DNA of 64,000 nucleotides, from positions 224,001 to 288,000 of the forward strand of contig CAVYRF010000002.1 in assembly GCA_963770895.1 (NCBI GenBank). The letters are read 5' to 3'. The notes beneath the pieces are model-generated. The model was given only the letters and a program-made list of their open reading frames with translations, ran no database searches and had not been told where the DNA came from. Within the stretch, counting starts at the first letter, position 1. Each line of letters begins with the position of its first letter. This DNA is from an uncultured Acidobacteriota bacterium (GTDB lineage Bacteria > Acidobacteriota > Thermoanaerobaculia > Multivoradales > UBA5704). Shown here in pieces: positions 51,801 through 59,604 of this stretch. Both the position numbers and the translations under genes were made by a program.

Positions 51801-52194
51801 GGAGAGGGTCGAGGTCGGGCGCGGATGGCGGTGCCCCGCCAGGCGCGGCCGGCTCGCCACCCGGGGCCTCCACGCCGAGGTCACGCATCCAGGGTGGGAG
51901 CCCGCGCAACGCCGCGCCGGCAACGTGCGCCGGCGTGGCGAGCAGGTGCGCGAACCCGGCGGGGTCCAGGCCGGCCTGCGCCAGGCGTCGAGCGAACCGT
52001 TCCGCAGAGTGGAAGGGGGAGAGGGCGCGCCACTGCGCCAGGCGCCAGCGCGCGGTCTCGTCGAGCAGCAGGGTGTCAGACGGGTCTGCCGGCGGCCAAG
52101 CCGGCCCGCCTGCGCCGAGCGCCTCCGCGCGCTCGACGAGAGTCAGCGCGCGGCAGGCGTCGGCGAATGGGACGAGGGAATCTGGGTCCGCGAT
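48811..52194 (-). CDS. lanM: Class II lanthipeptide synthetase
   Basis: Dehydratase motifs GDRH, VYKPR, DCHFENL, VDLET and RPTQIY; cyclase motifs GFAHG, SWCYG and CLCHG. The frame stays open and LanM-like for 97 codons upstream of the track start 51909, so the start is uncertain (ATC 52194 proposed). Confidence 0.92.
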   Translation of the reverse strand: MADPDSLVPFADACRALTLVERAEALGAGGPAWPPADPSDTLLLDETARWRLAQWRALSPFHSAERFARRLAQAGLDPAGFAHLLATPAHVAGAALRGLPPWMRDLGVEAPGGEPAAPGGAPPSAPDLDPLLAPVRPWIDRARARLRQGLARFAAAAGASSARGAEPLFAAAETEALLAASLPARLLPVVARTLVLELHVARHLDLLSGETAAERFQSFLARLGRRDVAAALLGEYPVLAREVMRELAQWVDTGLELMERLAADAPLLLSRFFAGGHPGLLSGIDGGAGDRHRGGRSVRVLTFASGARLVYKPRPLAAEQRFQELLAWLGDTGDGSPRTVAVLDRGSHGWMEFVAAHGCRDPAEVAAFYRRLGGLLALLYALEATDCHFENLIAAGGHPVLVDLETLFQPRLPLQPLAAPDRRLVGRLLDDSVSRIGLLPFLVGAGDGFAGVDLSGLAAVAGQLSPQPVLALARGGTDEMHVVRERLPLPGGANVPFLAGEDGRGRQEAEAAEHGEELAAGFAAVYRRLIERRAELLAPHGPLARCRGVPVRAVLRPTQIYARLLGESYHPDVLRDALDRDLLFDRLWLGAEEQPELALVAAAEHRDLLAGDVPVFTVTPGSPDLVDSRGGRLAGFFPEPAMAAVERRLAGMGEADLDRQLGLLRMSLATRRLGSDPARWTGYPRVATGRPLPRRELRKRLLAAARNAGDWFAATAVRDGRHVSWVALEFSDKRWSLAPVPHDLYLGIPGIALFLGCLHAVTGDARTADLARAALDTLRESMEREAADVAGRPPGRPAEPPEPPYIGLMQGPGGILYVRAHLAALWRDPGLLAEAAPEIELIDARLAQDRELDVVAGAAGAIAGLLAAHRAGAGPRALAVAVRCGEHLLARAEARGVGICWLTRLASERSQTGFAHGMTGIALALVALGAAAGDRRFTDAGLAAFAWEREMFWPELARWLGGGTAAAAAHGDSVAMSWCYGAPGIGIARLAALRHLEAAPSRPAMAATGAALAAEVAEAVRLTVEHGFGHNHCLCHGDLGNLDFLASAERQLGGDAALGRQVRRRTQQVLASIGRDGWCCGTRAAVESPGLMNGIAGIGYGLLRLAEPGRVPSVLALAPPAPTAPAR

Positions 52195-52211
52195 CGCGCT
52201 CTATCCCGTGG

Positions 52212-52424
52212 TCACACCGGGCAGCCGCAGGAGGCCCACTGTCCGAAGGTGTGCATGGTGCAGCCCAGCGCGGTGGTGATGGCGCCGCCGGCAGACCGCA
52301 GCTCCTCGTCCTGCAGCTCGATCATGCCGGCCGGGTGGGCCGGCAGCGCGCCGAGCTTCGCGGCGTCCAGGCTGCTCCGGTAGACCGGGTCTTTCCAGGC
52401 ACGGATCAGGTCGCTCTTGTTCAT
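52212..52424 (-). CDS. lanA: Mersacidin/lichenicidin-family class II lanthipeptide precursor (70 aa)
   Basis: Leader IRAWKDPVYR...PAHPAGMIELQDEELRSAGG; core AITTALGCTMHTFGQWASCGCPV. RBS AAGGAGG precedes ATG 52424. Confidence 0.93.
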   Translation of the reverse strand: MNKSDLIRAWKDPVYRSSLDAAKLGALPAHPAGMIELQDEELRSAGGAITTALGCTMHTFGQWASCGCPV

Positions 52425-52561
52425 GGCTCGTTCCTCCTTGCCGCGGGATGCGGCGGTCATGGATCAACTCTCCGCGCTCTCCCCATTAAGTGAAGTAACA
52501 GATCGCGCCGCAACCGAGACACGCCTGCGACGGGTGTGCCGACCGGCCTGACCCACCAGGC

Positions 52562-52567
52562 TATACT
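52562..52567 (+). promoter_or_regulatory. -10 box suggesting a leaderless dipeptidase mRNA
   Basis: TATACT followed by a 6-nt gap and then ATG 52574; no Shine-Dalgarno. Confidence 0.5.
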
Positions 52568-52573
52568 CCGGCC

Positions 52574-53848
52574 ATGGCACCCAACAGTGCGGGGCAGGAC
52601 CGCCGGACGTTTCTGCGTCTTTCGGCGGCGCTGGCGGCTGCGGTGGCGAGCGGCGGCGCGGCGGCGGCGCTCGCCCAGCCGGCGGCATCCCCATCGCAGC
52701 CATCCGCGTCGGCTGGCGACCCCGAAGCCGGGCTCCTCGCCGGCGCGGTGATCGTCAACGCGCTGGGTCAGCTGGAAGACCCCAACGTCGACCTGCAGCG
52801 GCCGCCGTCGCCGCCGGGCGCCGCCAAAGCGAAGGGCGGCACCGGCGGCGCTGGCGCCAGCGCCGGCGATGACGACGACGAGCCTGCGGAGATCGATGCC
52901 CGCGCGCTGCGCGAGGCGCGCGCGTCGGGGCTGACGGCGGTCAACGTGACGCTGGGCTACGTGGCCGGGCCGCAGGAGCCGTTCGAGGCGACGGTGGCGG
53001 ACATCGGGGTGTGGGACCGGGTCATCCGCCGGCATGCGGACGACCTGCTCAAGGTGTGGACGGTCAGGGACATCCTGCAGGCCAGGAGCGACGGCAAGGT
53101 CGGCATCATCTATGGGTTCCAGAACGCCGCGATGGTCGGCACCGACGCCCGCCGCGTCGACGTCTTCGGCAACCTTGGGGTGCGGGTGATCCAGCTGACG
53201 TACAACCCGCGCAACCAGCTGGGCGACGGCTCGATGGTGGCCGAAAACCACGGCCTGACGCCGCTGGGGCGGCAGGTGGTCGAGCGGCTCAACCACAATC
53301 GCATCATGGTCGACCTGTCGCACAGCGGCGAGCAGACCTGTCTGGACGCCGCCCGCGCGTCGCGCCAGCCGATCTCGATCAACCACACCGGCTGCCGGGC
53401 GCTGGCCGACCTGCCGCGCAACAAGACCGATGAGGAGCTGCGCCTGGTGGCCTCCCGCGGCGGCTTCGTCGGCATCTACTTCATGCCGTTCCTGACGCTG
53501 TCGGGGCATGCCCATGCCGACGACGTGGTGGCCCACATCGATCACGCGGTGTCGGTGTGCGGCGAAGACCACGTGGGCATCGGCACCGACGGCCCGGTGA
53601 CCGCCATCGACGACCTGGAAGGGTACAAGGCGCACCTGGCCAAGGAGGTGGCCGACCGCGCCGCGGCGGGCATCGGCGCCAAGGGCGAGCGCGCCGATAC
53701 CCTGCCCTTTGTCGTCGACCTGCGCGGCGTCGACCAGTTCCGCGAGCTGGCGCGGCGGCTGCGGCAGCGCGGCTATTCGACCGCCCGCATCCAGAAGATC
53801 CTGGGCGGCAACTTCCTGCGCTTCGCCGCCGACGTCTGGGGCAGCTGA
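52574..53848 (+). CDS. Tat-exported membrane dipeptidase (peptidase M19 family)
   Basis: DRRTFL Tat motif; QLTYN, VDLSH, INHTG, PRNKTDE, HVGIGTD and KILGGN. Confidence 0.88.
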   Translation: MAPNSAGQDRRTFLRLSAALAAAVASGGAAAALAQPAASPSQPSASAGDPEAGLLAGAVIVNALGQLEDPNVDLQRPPSPPGAAKAKGGTGGAGASAGDDDDEPAEIDARALREARASGLTAVNVTLGYVAGPQEPFEATVADIGVWDRVIRRHADDLLKVWTVRDILQARSDGKVGIIYGFQNAAMVGTDARRVDVFGNLGVRVIQLTYNPRNQLGDGSMVAENHGLTPLGRQVVERLNHNRIMVDLSHSGEQTCLDAARASRQPISINHTGCRALADLPRNKTDEELRLVASRGGFVGIYFMPFLTLSGHAHADDVVAHIDHAVSVCGEDHVGIGTDGPVTAIDDLEGYKAHLAKEVADRAAAGIGAKGERADTLPFVVDLRGVDQFRELARRLRQRGYSTARIQKILGGNFLRFAADVWGS

Positions 53849-53891
53849 GCCGCGGCGCCGCCGCCGTTCCCGCCGCTGCCGCCACTCCCGC

Positions 53892-54407
53892 TCAGTACTG
53901 GATCAACGATTGGACGTCGTAGCCGGCCAGGCCGGCGCGCCCGGGCAGGAAGGTCAGCTCGACGATGAAGCCGAAGCCCGCCACGGCGGCGCCCTGCGAC
54001 TCGATGAGGCGGGCGGTGGCGCGCGCCGTGCCGCCGGTGGCGATGAGGTCGTCGACGATCAGCACCCGCTCGCCGCGCTCGACGGCGTCGTGGTGCATCT
54101 CCAGGCTGTCCGAGCCGTATTCCAGGTCGTAGGTTTCGGTGACCCGCTGGTAGGGGAGCTTGCCCGGCTTGCGCACCGGCACGAACCCGGCGTTGAGGGC
54201 GTAGGCGACCAGCGGACCGAACATGAAGCCGCGCGATTCGATGCCGACGACCTTGTCGATGCGCTTGCCGGCGAACATCCAGACGAAGCGGTCGACCGTC
54301 TGGCGAAACGCCAGCGGGTGCTGCAGCAGGGTGGTGATGTCGTAAAAGAGGATGCCCTTCTTGGGAAAGTCAGGCACCTCGCGGATGTGCTTCTTCAGGT
54401 CGTCCAT
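53892..54407 (-). CDS. apt: Adenine phosphoribosyltransferase
   Basis: IREVPDFPKKGILFYDITT, GIESRGF, RKPGKLP, YDLEYG and VDDLIATGGT. Confidence 0.96.
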   Translation of the reverse strand: MDDLKKHIREVPDFPKKGILFYDITTLLQHPLAFRQTVDRFVWMFAGKRIDKVVGIESRGFMFGPLVAYALNAGFVPVRKPGKLPYQRVTETYDLEYGSDSLEMHHDAVERGERVLIVDDLIATGGTARATARLIESQGAAVAGFGFIVELTFLPGRAGLAGYDVQSLIQY

Positions 54408-54425
54408 GGTCGTTCGCCTCTCGCC

Positions 54426-54716
54426 TCACCGGTCGATTTCAAACGTCTGCCAGCCCTCGGGCACCGTCGCCAGCGCCCGCTCCTCCACCGCCGCGACGCG
54501 GGCGCCCGGCGGGCCCTGCAGCACCGCTGCGTGCAGCTGCCGCACCCGCTCCGGGCTGCCCGCCACCTCGATCTCCACTTCGCCGCCCGCCAGGTTGCGC
54601 ACGCGGCCGCCAAGACCCAGCTGGCGGGCGCACGAGCGGGTGAAATAGCGGAAGCCCACCCCCTGCACGCGCCCGCGCACCACCCAGACGACGGCAATCG
54701 GCCCGCCGTCGTTCAC
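54426..54716 (-). CDS. acyP: Acylphosphatase
   Basis: VRGRVQGVGFR, GRVRN and GPPGARV; 4-bp overlap with pcm. Confidence 0.93.
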   Translation of the reverse strand: MNDGGPIAVVWVVRGRVQGVGFRYFTRSCARQLGLGGRVRNLAGGEVEIEVAGSPERVRQLHAAVLQGPPGARVAAVEERALATVPEGWQTFEIDR

Positions 54717-55369
54717 CGCGCCCCGTCCTTCCAGCCGTGCCGCCCGACCAGCGGCACGAACGCGACCTCTTCACCCTCCTTGCGCCGCAGCTCGCCGCGC
54801 GCCGACTTGCGGTAGAGCACCAGCCGCTGCGCCTCGCGCGGCCCTTCCGGCACCAGCAGGCTGCCGCCCGGCGCCAGCTGCTCGAGCAGCGGGTCCGGCA
54901 CCTTCGGCGCGCCGGCCGCCACCAGGATGCGGTCGTAGGGCGCCCACTCGCTCCATCCCACGGTGCCGTCGAACACCTGGATCTTGACGTTGTCGAGCCC
55001 CATCTGGCGGATGCGCGGGATGGCCTGCTGCGCCAGCTCGGCGATGCGTTCCAGGCTGTACACCCGCCGCGCCAGAAGCGCCAGGATCGCCGTCTGGTAG
55101 CCGGACCCGGTGCCGATCTCGAGCACCGAGTGGTGCGGCGCCAGCTCCATCAACGCGGTCATCCGCGCCACGATGTAGGGCTGCGAGATGGTCTGCGACG
55201 AGCCGATCGGCAGCGCGTGGTCGCCGTAGGCCTGCGACCGCAGGTGCTCGCGCACGAACAGGTGGCGCGGCACCTGGCGCATCGCGTCGAGCACCCGCGC
55301 GTCGGCGACGCCGCGCGCCGCGATCAGGTCGCGCACCATGCGCTCGCGCAGCACCGCGTAGTCGTTCAT
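54713..55369 (-). CDS. pcm: Protein-L-isoaspartate O-methyltransferase
   Basis: VPRHLFV, QTISQPYIVA, VLEIGTGSGYQ and FVPLVG. Start MNDYAV at 55369 overlaps the surE stop. Confidence 0.95.
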   Translation of the reverse strand: MNDYAVLRERMVRDLIAARGVADARVLDAMRQVPRHLFVREHLRSQAYGDHALPIGSSQTISQPYIVARMTALMELAPHHSVLEIGTGSGYQTAILALLARRVYSLERIAELAQQAIPRIRQMGLDNVKIQVFDGTVGWSEWAPYDRILVAAGAPKVPDPLLEQLAPGGSLLVPEGPREAQRLVLYRKSARGELRRKEGEEVAFVPLVGRHGWKDGAR

Positions 55370-56160
55370 TCGCTCGCCGCGGCGCCGGGTTCCGCGAGCG
55401 CTCCCAGGTCCAGGCGCCCCAGGGTCGCCTCGAGTCCGCTCAGGCTTTCGAGCCCGCGGTAGGCGGTCAGGTCCAGGTGCAGCGGCGTGATGGAGATGCG
55501 GCCCGCCGCGATCGCCGCGTGGTCGGTGCCGGAGTCCGACTGCCACCTGGGGGTGCCGGCGATCCAGTAGTACTTGCGGCCGCGCGGGTCCACCTTTTCG
55601 ATCACCGACTGCTGGTAGACCCGCCGTCCGAGCCGCGTCAGGCTGACGCCGCGGATGCCGCCCAGCGGCACGTTGACGTTGAGCGGCAGGTCCGCCGGCA
55701 CCGCCGCCCCGCCGAGCACCACCTGCACCAGCTGGCGGGCGAAGCGGGCCGCCACCTGGAAGGTCATCCCCTCGCCGATCTCCTGGCTGAAGGCGATCGA
55801 CGGGATGCCCAGCAGCGACCCTTCGAAGGTGGCGCTGACCGTGCCCGAGTAGGTGACGTCGTCGCCCAGGTTGAGACCGAAGTTGATGCCCGAGCACACC
55901 AGGTCGGGCGGCGCGGCGGCCAGCACCGACAGCACCCCCAGGTTGACGCAATCGGTGGGGGTGCCGTCGACCGCGTACCACCGCTCGCGGATCTTCTGCA
56001 TGCGCAGCGGCCGGCTGAGGGTGAGCGAGTGCCCGGTGGCGCTCTGCTCGCGATCCGGCGCCACCACGAACACCTCCGCCACCTCCGACAGGGCATCGAC
56101 GAGCGCCTTGAGGCCCTCGGAGAAGATGCCGTCGTCGTTGGTGACCAGGATGCGTGTCAT
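55366..56160 (-). CDS. surE: 5'/3'-nucleotidase SurE
   Basis: ILVTNDDG, VAPDREQS, GTPTDCV, SGINFGLN and YSGTV. Confidence 0.96.
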   Translation of the reverse strand: MTRILVTNDDGIFSEGLKALVDALSEVAEVFVVAPDREQSATGHSLTLSRPLRMQKIRERWYAVDGTPTDCVNLGVLSVLAAAPPDLVCSGINFGLNLGDDVTYSGTVSATFEGSLLGIPSIAFSQEIGEGMTFQVAARFARQLVQVVLGGAAVPADLPLNVNVPLGGIRGVSLTRLGRRVYQQSVIEKVDPRGRKYYWIAGTPRWQSDSGTDHAAIAAGRISITPLHLDLTAYRGLESLSGLEATLGRLDLGALAEPGAAASE

Positions 56161-56199
56161 GGCAGCCGCGGAGCGCTCGGAACCGGGCGCGACCGCGCT

Positions 56200-57081
56200 T
56201 CAGGCGCTCGGAATGTACCTGCCGATGAGCGGCGCCAGGGCGGTGAGCGTCGCCTGCGGGATCAGCGAGCGCTCGGTGATGAGCGAATGGCGCAGGGCGT
56301 CGGGGCACGGGCAACCCACCCGGTCCTCGGGCAGGCTGGCCACCATGTGCCGCACCACCTCCTGCGACATGATGACGTTCTGCGCGATGACGTCCATCAC
56401 CGACTGGCCGCTGACCGCTTCTTCGGTTTCGTGCCAGCAGTCGTAATCGGTGACCATCGACAGCGACACGTAGCAGATCTCGGCTTCGCGCGCCAGCCGC
56501 GCCTCCTGCAGGTTGGTCATGCCGATGACGTCGACGCCGTGCGAGCGGTAGATCTCCGATTCGGCGCGCGTCGAAAACTGCGGCCCTTCCATGCACACGT
56601 AGGTGCCGCCGCGGTGGACCGTGGCGCCGGCGGCCTGCGACGCGGCGACGCCGACGTCGATCAGCCGCGGGCAGATCGGCTTGGCGAGCGAGACGTGCGC
56701 CACCAGGCCGTTGCCGAAGAAGGTGTCGACGCGGTGGCGGGTGCGGTCGTAGAACTGGTCCGGCACCACGATGTCGGTCGGCTTGTACTCGATCTTCATC
56801 GACCCCACTGCCGACACCGAGATCAGCTGCTCGACGCCCAGCATCTTGAAGCCGAAGATGTTGGCGCGATAGTTGAGCTCGGTCGGCAGCAGGCGGTGGC
56901 CGCGGCCGTGGCGCGGCAGAAAGGCCACCCGGCGCCCCTCCAGCTCGCCCACCACGTAGGGGTCGGAAGGCTCGCCAAACGGCGTGCTCAGCCGCCGCTC
57001 TTCCTGCACCTTGAGCCCCGCCATCTGGTAGAGCCCGCTACCGCCGATGACGCCGATGCGGATGTCGTTGTGTTCGGCCAT
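56200..57081 (-). CDS. mtnP: S-methyl-5'-thioadenosine phosphorylase
   Basis: IGVIGGSG, TPFGEPS, FLPRHG, MEGPQFSTRAES and VTDYDCW; start MAEHND. Confidence 0.92.
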   Translation of the reverse strand: MAEHNDIRIGVIGGSGLYQMAGLKVQEERRLSTPFGEPSDPYVVGELEGRRVAFLPRHGRGHRLLPTELNYRANIFGFKMLGVEQLISVSAVGSMKIEYKPTDIVVPDQFYDRTRHRVDTFFGNGLVAHVSLAKPICPRLIDVGVAASQAAGATVHRGGTYVCMEGPQFSTRAESEIYRSHGVDVIGMTNLQEARLAREAEICYVSLSMVTDYDCWHETEEAVSGQSVMDVIAQNVIMSQEVVRHMVASLPEDRVGCPCPDALRHSLITERSLIPQATLTALAPLIGRYIPSA

Positions 57082-57170
57082 GCTCCAGCGCTCCTCTCCT
57101 TGAACAAGAGTACCCCTCGCCCCATGCCGGAGCGGGCGGCGCGGCGACGGCCGCGACCCGGCCGCAGAGT

Positions 57171-58184
57171 CTACCGCAGGGCGGCCGCCGTCGCGGCGGC
57201 GATGGCCGCGGCCACCTGCAACGCCGTCGCCAGCGCCTGGCGGCCGGCCGGGCCGTCGACCAGCCGCGGCACGCCGGCCGCCGGAGCCGCGCCGCTCACC
57301 GGCGCGCCACCGCCATCGTCCCCGCCCCCGTCGCCGGCGCGGCACGCCGCGACGAACGCCGCCAGCTCGCGCACCAGCGGTTCCGAGCGCTCGACCGGCA
57401 GGTCGTCCGGCACGATCCGCCGCCCCGACGGCAGCTCCTCCAGGCGAAAACCGTGGATCTCCTGCGCCACGTAGTCCAGCGAGTAGTAGCGGCTCGGCAG
57501 GAAGGTGCGCAGCTTGCGCACCCGCTCGGCCGACACGCGCGACGCGGTCAGGTTGGCGACGCAGCCGGAGGCCAGCTCGATGCGGACGTTGGCGATGTCG
57601 GTGCGCGGCGACAGCACCGGGATGCCGGTGGCCCGCACCTCGGCGACCGGGCTGCCGTCCAGCGCGTGCAGGATCTGCAGGTCGTGGATCATCAGGTCGA
57701 GCACCACGTCCACGTCCAGGCTGCGCGGCGTGAACACCGCCAGGCGCTGCACCTCGACGAAGCGCGGCGGCACTCCCACCGCCAGCAGCGCCGCCACCGC
57801 CGGGTTGAAGAACTCCACGTGCCCGACGGCGAGCACCCGCCCCGCCGCGGCCGCCGCCGCGATCAGCTGGTCGGCTTCCGCCAGGCTGGCCGCCAGCGGC
57901 TTTTCGACCAGCAGGTGGATGCCGCGCTCCAGCAGCTGGCAGCCAATCTGTGCGTGCTGGCTGGTCGGCGCCGCCAGGACCACCGCCTGGACGCCCGCCG
58001 CCAGCAGGTCGTCGACGCCGGCAAAAGCGCGCGTGCCGAACTCGGCGGCAACCGCCGCCGCCGCGTCGCCGCGCGGATCGTGCAGCCCGACCAGCTCGAC
58101 GCCGGGCAACCCGGCGAGCACCCGCACGTGGTTGCGGCCCATGGCGCCGGCGCCCAGGACGCCGACGCGCAGACCTGCCGCCAT
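57171..58184 (-). CDS. Gfo/Idh/MocA oxidoreductase (GnnA-like position after lpxA)
   Basis: VLGAGAMG, LVEKP, VGHVEFFNP, DLMIHD and ANLTASRVS; start coupled to the lpxA stop. Confidence 0.88.
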   Translation of the reverse strand: MAAGLRVGVLGAGAMGRNHVRVLAGLPGVELVGLHDPRGDAAAAVAAEFGTRAFAGVDDLLAAGVQAVVLAAPTSQHAQIGCQLLERGIHLLVEKPLAASLAEADQLIAAAAAAGRVLAVGHVEFFNPAVAALLAVGVPPRFVEVQRLAVFTPRSLDVDVVLDLMIHDLQILHALDGSPVAEVRATGIPVLSPRTDIANVRIELASGCVANLTASRVSAERVRKLRTFLPSRYYSLDYVAQEIHGFRLEELPSGRRIVPDDLPVERSEPLVRELAAFVAACRAGDGGGDDGGGAPVSGAAPAAGVPRLVDGPAGRQALATALQVAAAIAAATAAALR

Positions 58185-59110
58185 CAGGCCTTGCCTTCCG
58201 GGGCGGCGGCGCTCACCGGCTCGGCGGCGCTGTCGGCGCCATTGGCGGCGGTGCCCTGCCCCGCCTCGCCATCCGGCACCGCCTCGCTCGGATCGGCGCC
58301 GCCCGAGCTGCGCTCCATACCCTTCGGCACCGCCTTGTGCACGCCGCGCCGCGACGTCTCGACGAAGTGGATCAGGTGGTCGACTTCGGGGTCGCCGCCC
58401 ACCTCGGCGCGCATCCGTTCCAGCGCCTGCCGGGTGTTGAGCCCCGAGCGCGCCAGCAGGCGCAGCGCCTGGTTGAGCCGCGCCACCTGCTCGCGCGAGA
58501 AGCCCTTGCGCCGCAGGCCGATCGAGTTGAGCCCGTAGTTGGACGCGTTCATGCCCACCGTCTTGACGAACGGCAGGGCGTCCATGGTCAGCACCGTGTA
58601 GGCGCCCAGGTAGGCGTGGCGGCCGATGCGGCAGTACTGGTGGACGGCGCAAAAGGCGCTGATCGACGCGTCGTCGCCAACCTCGACGTGGCCGGCAAAC
58701 TGGGTGTTGTTGACCAGCACCACCCGGCTGCCGATCTGGCAGTCGTGGGCGATGTGCACGTAGGCCATGATCAGGTTCTGGTTGCCGATGCGCGTCACCC
58801 CGCCGCCGCCCACCGTGCCGCGCGAGATGGTGCAGAATTCGCGCAGGATGTTGTTGTCGCCGATCTCCAGCCACACCGGCTCGCCGCGGAAACGCAGGTC
58901 CTGCGGGTCGAACCCGACCGCCGCCTGCGGGAAGATGCGGTTGCCGCGCCCGATGCGCGTCGGCCCCTGGATGTGCGCTCCCGCGCCGATCTCGGTCCCC
59001 TCGCCGATCTCGACCTGGGCGCCGATGACCGCGAACGGCCCCACGCGGACGTCGGCGGCGAGCTTCGCCTGCGGATCGACGACCGCCAGCGGATGCACGT
59101 AACTGCTCAT
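58184..59110 (-). CDS. lpxA: UDP-N-acetylglucosamine acyltransferase
   Basis: Hexapeptide repeats, PQDL, ISRGT, HIAHDC, VHQY and GLNSIGLRRKG. Confidence 0.95.
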   Translation of the reverse strand: MSSYVHPLAVVDPQAKLAADVRVGPFAVIGAQVEIGEGTEIGAGAHIQGPTRIGRGNRIFPQAAVGFDPQDLRFRGEPVWLEIGDNNILREFCTISRGTVGGGGVTRIGNQNLIMAYVHIAHDCQIGSRVVLVNNTQFAGHVEVGDDASISAFCAVHQYCRIGRHAYLGAYTVLTMDALPFVKTVGMNASNYGLNSIGLRRKGFSREQVARLNQALRLLARSGLNTRQALERMRAEVGGDPEVDHLIHFVETSRRGVHKAVPKGMERSSGGADPSEAVPDGEAGQGTAANGADSAAEPVSAAAPEGKA

Positions 59111-59168
59111 AAAGTCCCCCTTGAATCCAGCGCCGTCGCCGTCGCCGTCACCGGCGACGGCCGCGGTC

Positions 59169-59600
59169 TCAGCGGTCCACCATCACCGACGACAGCACCG
59201 CTTCGGCCGCCATCTGCCCGTCCACCAGCGCCTTGCACGAAAGCCTGGCATGGACGGTGCGCAGGCGCAGCACGTCCACCTCCAGGCGCAGCTGGTCGCC
59301 CGGCACCACGGGCCGCCGGAACTTGCCGTTTTCGATCCCGGTAAACAGCATCAGCTTGCCGGTGCGGTCCGGCACCTCCTGCAACAGCAACAGGCCGCCG
59401 GCCTGCGCCATCGCCTCGACCACCAGCACGCCCGGCATCACCGGCCGGCCGGGGAAGTGCCCGCCGAAGAAGGGCTCGTTGATGGTGACGTTCTTGATCG
59501 CCACGATGCGCTGGCGCGGCACGTTTTCAATGATGCGGTCGACCAGCAACATCGGATAGCGATGCGGCAGCATCGACATGATCCATTCGATGTCCCTCAC
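59169..59600 (-). CDS. fabZ: 3-hydroxyacyl-ACP dehydratase
   Basis: LPHRYPMLLVD, KNVTINEPFF.GHFP and MPGVLVVEAMAQ; probable GTG start at 59600. Confidence 0.96.
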   Translation of the reverse strand: MRDIEWIMSMLPHRYPMLLVDRIIENVPRQRIVAIKNVTINEPFFGGHFPGRPVMPGVLVVEAMAQAGGLLLLQEVPDRTGKLMLFTGIENGKFRRPVVPGDQLRLEVDVLRLRTVHARLSCKALVDGQMAAEAVLSSVMVDR

Positions 59601-59604
59601 CTGA

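Noticed and set aside
52201-52467. 88-aa ORF overlapping lanA, in frame with lanM (read-through fusion)
   Set aside because: It is an alternate-frame shadow of lanA with no RBS or motifs, and nothing supports stop read-through.
54713-58874. Long N-terminal extensions of the pcm, mtnP and oxidoreductase ORFs
   Set aside because: They overlap surE, lpxA or intergenic DNA; coupled starts at 55369 and 58184 and the RBS-supported start at 57081 fit family lengths.
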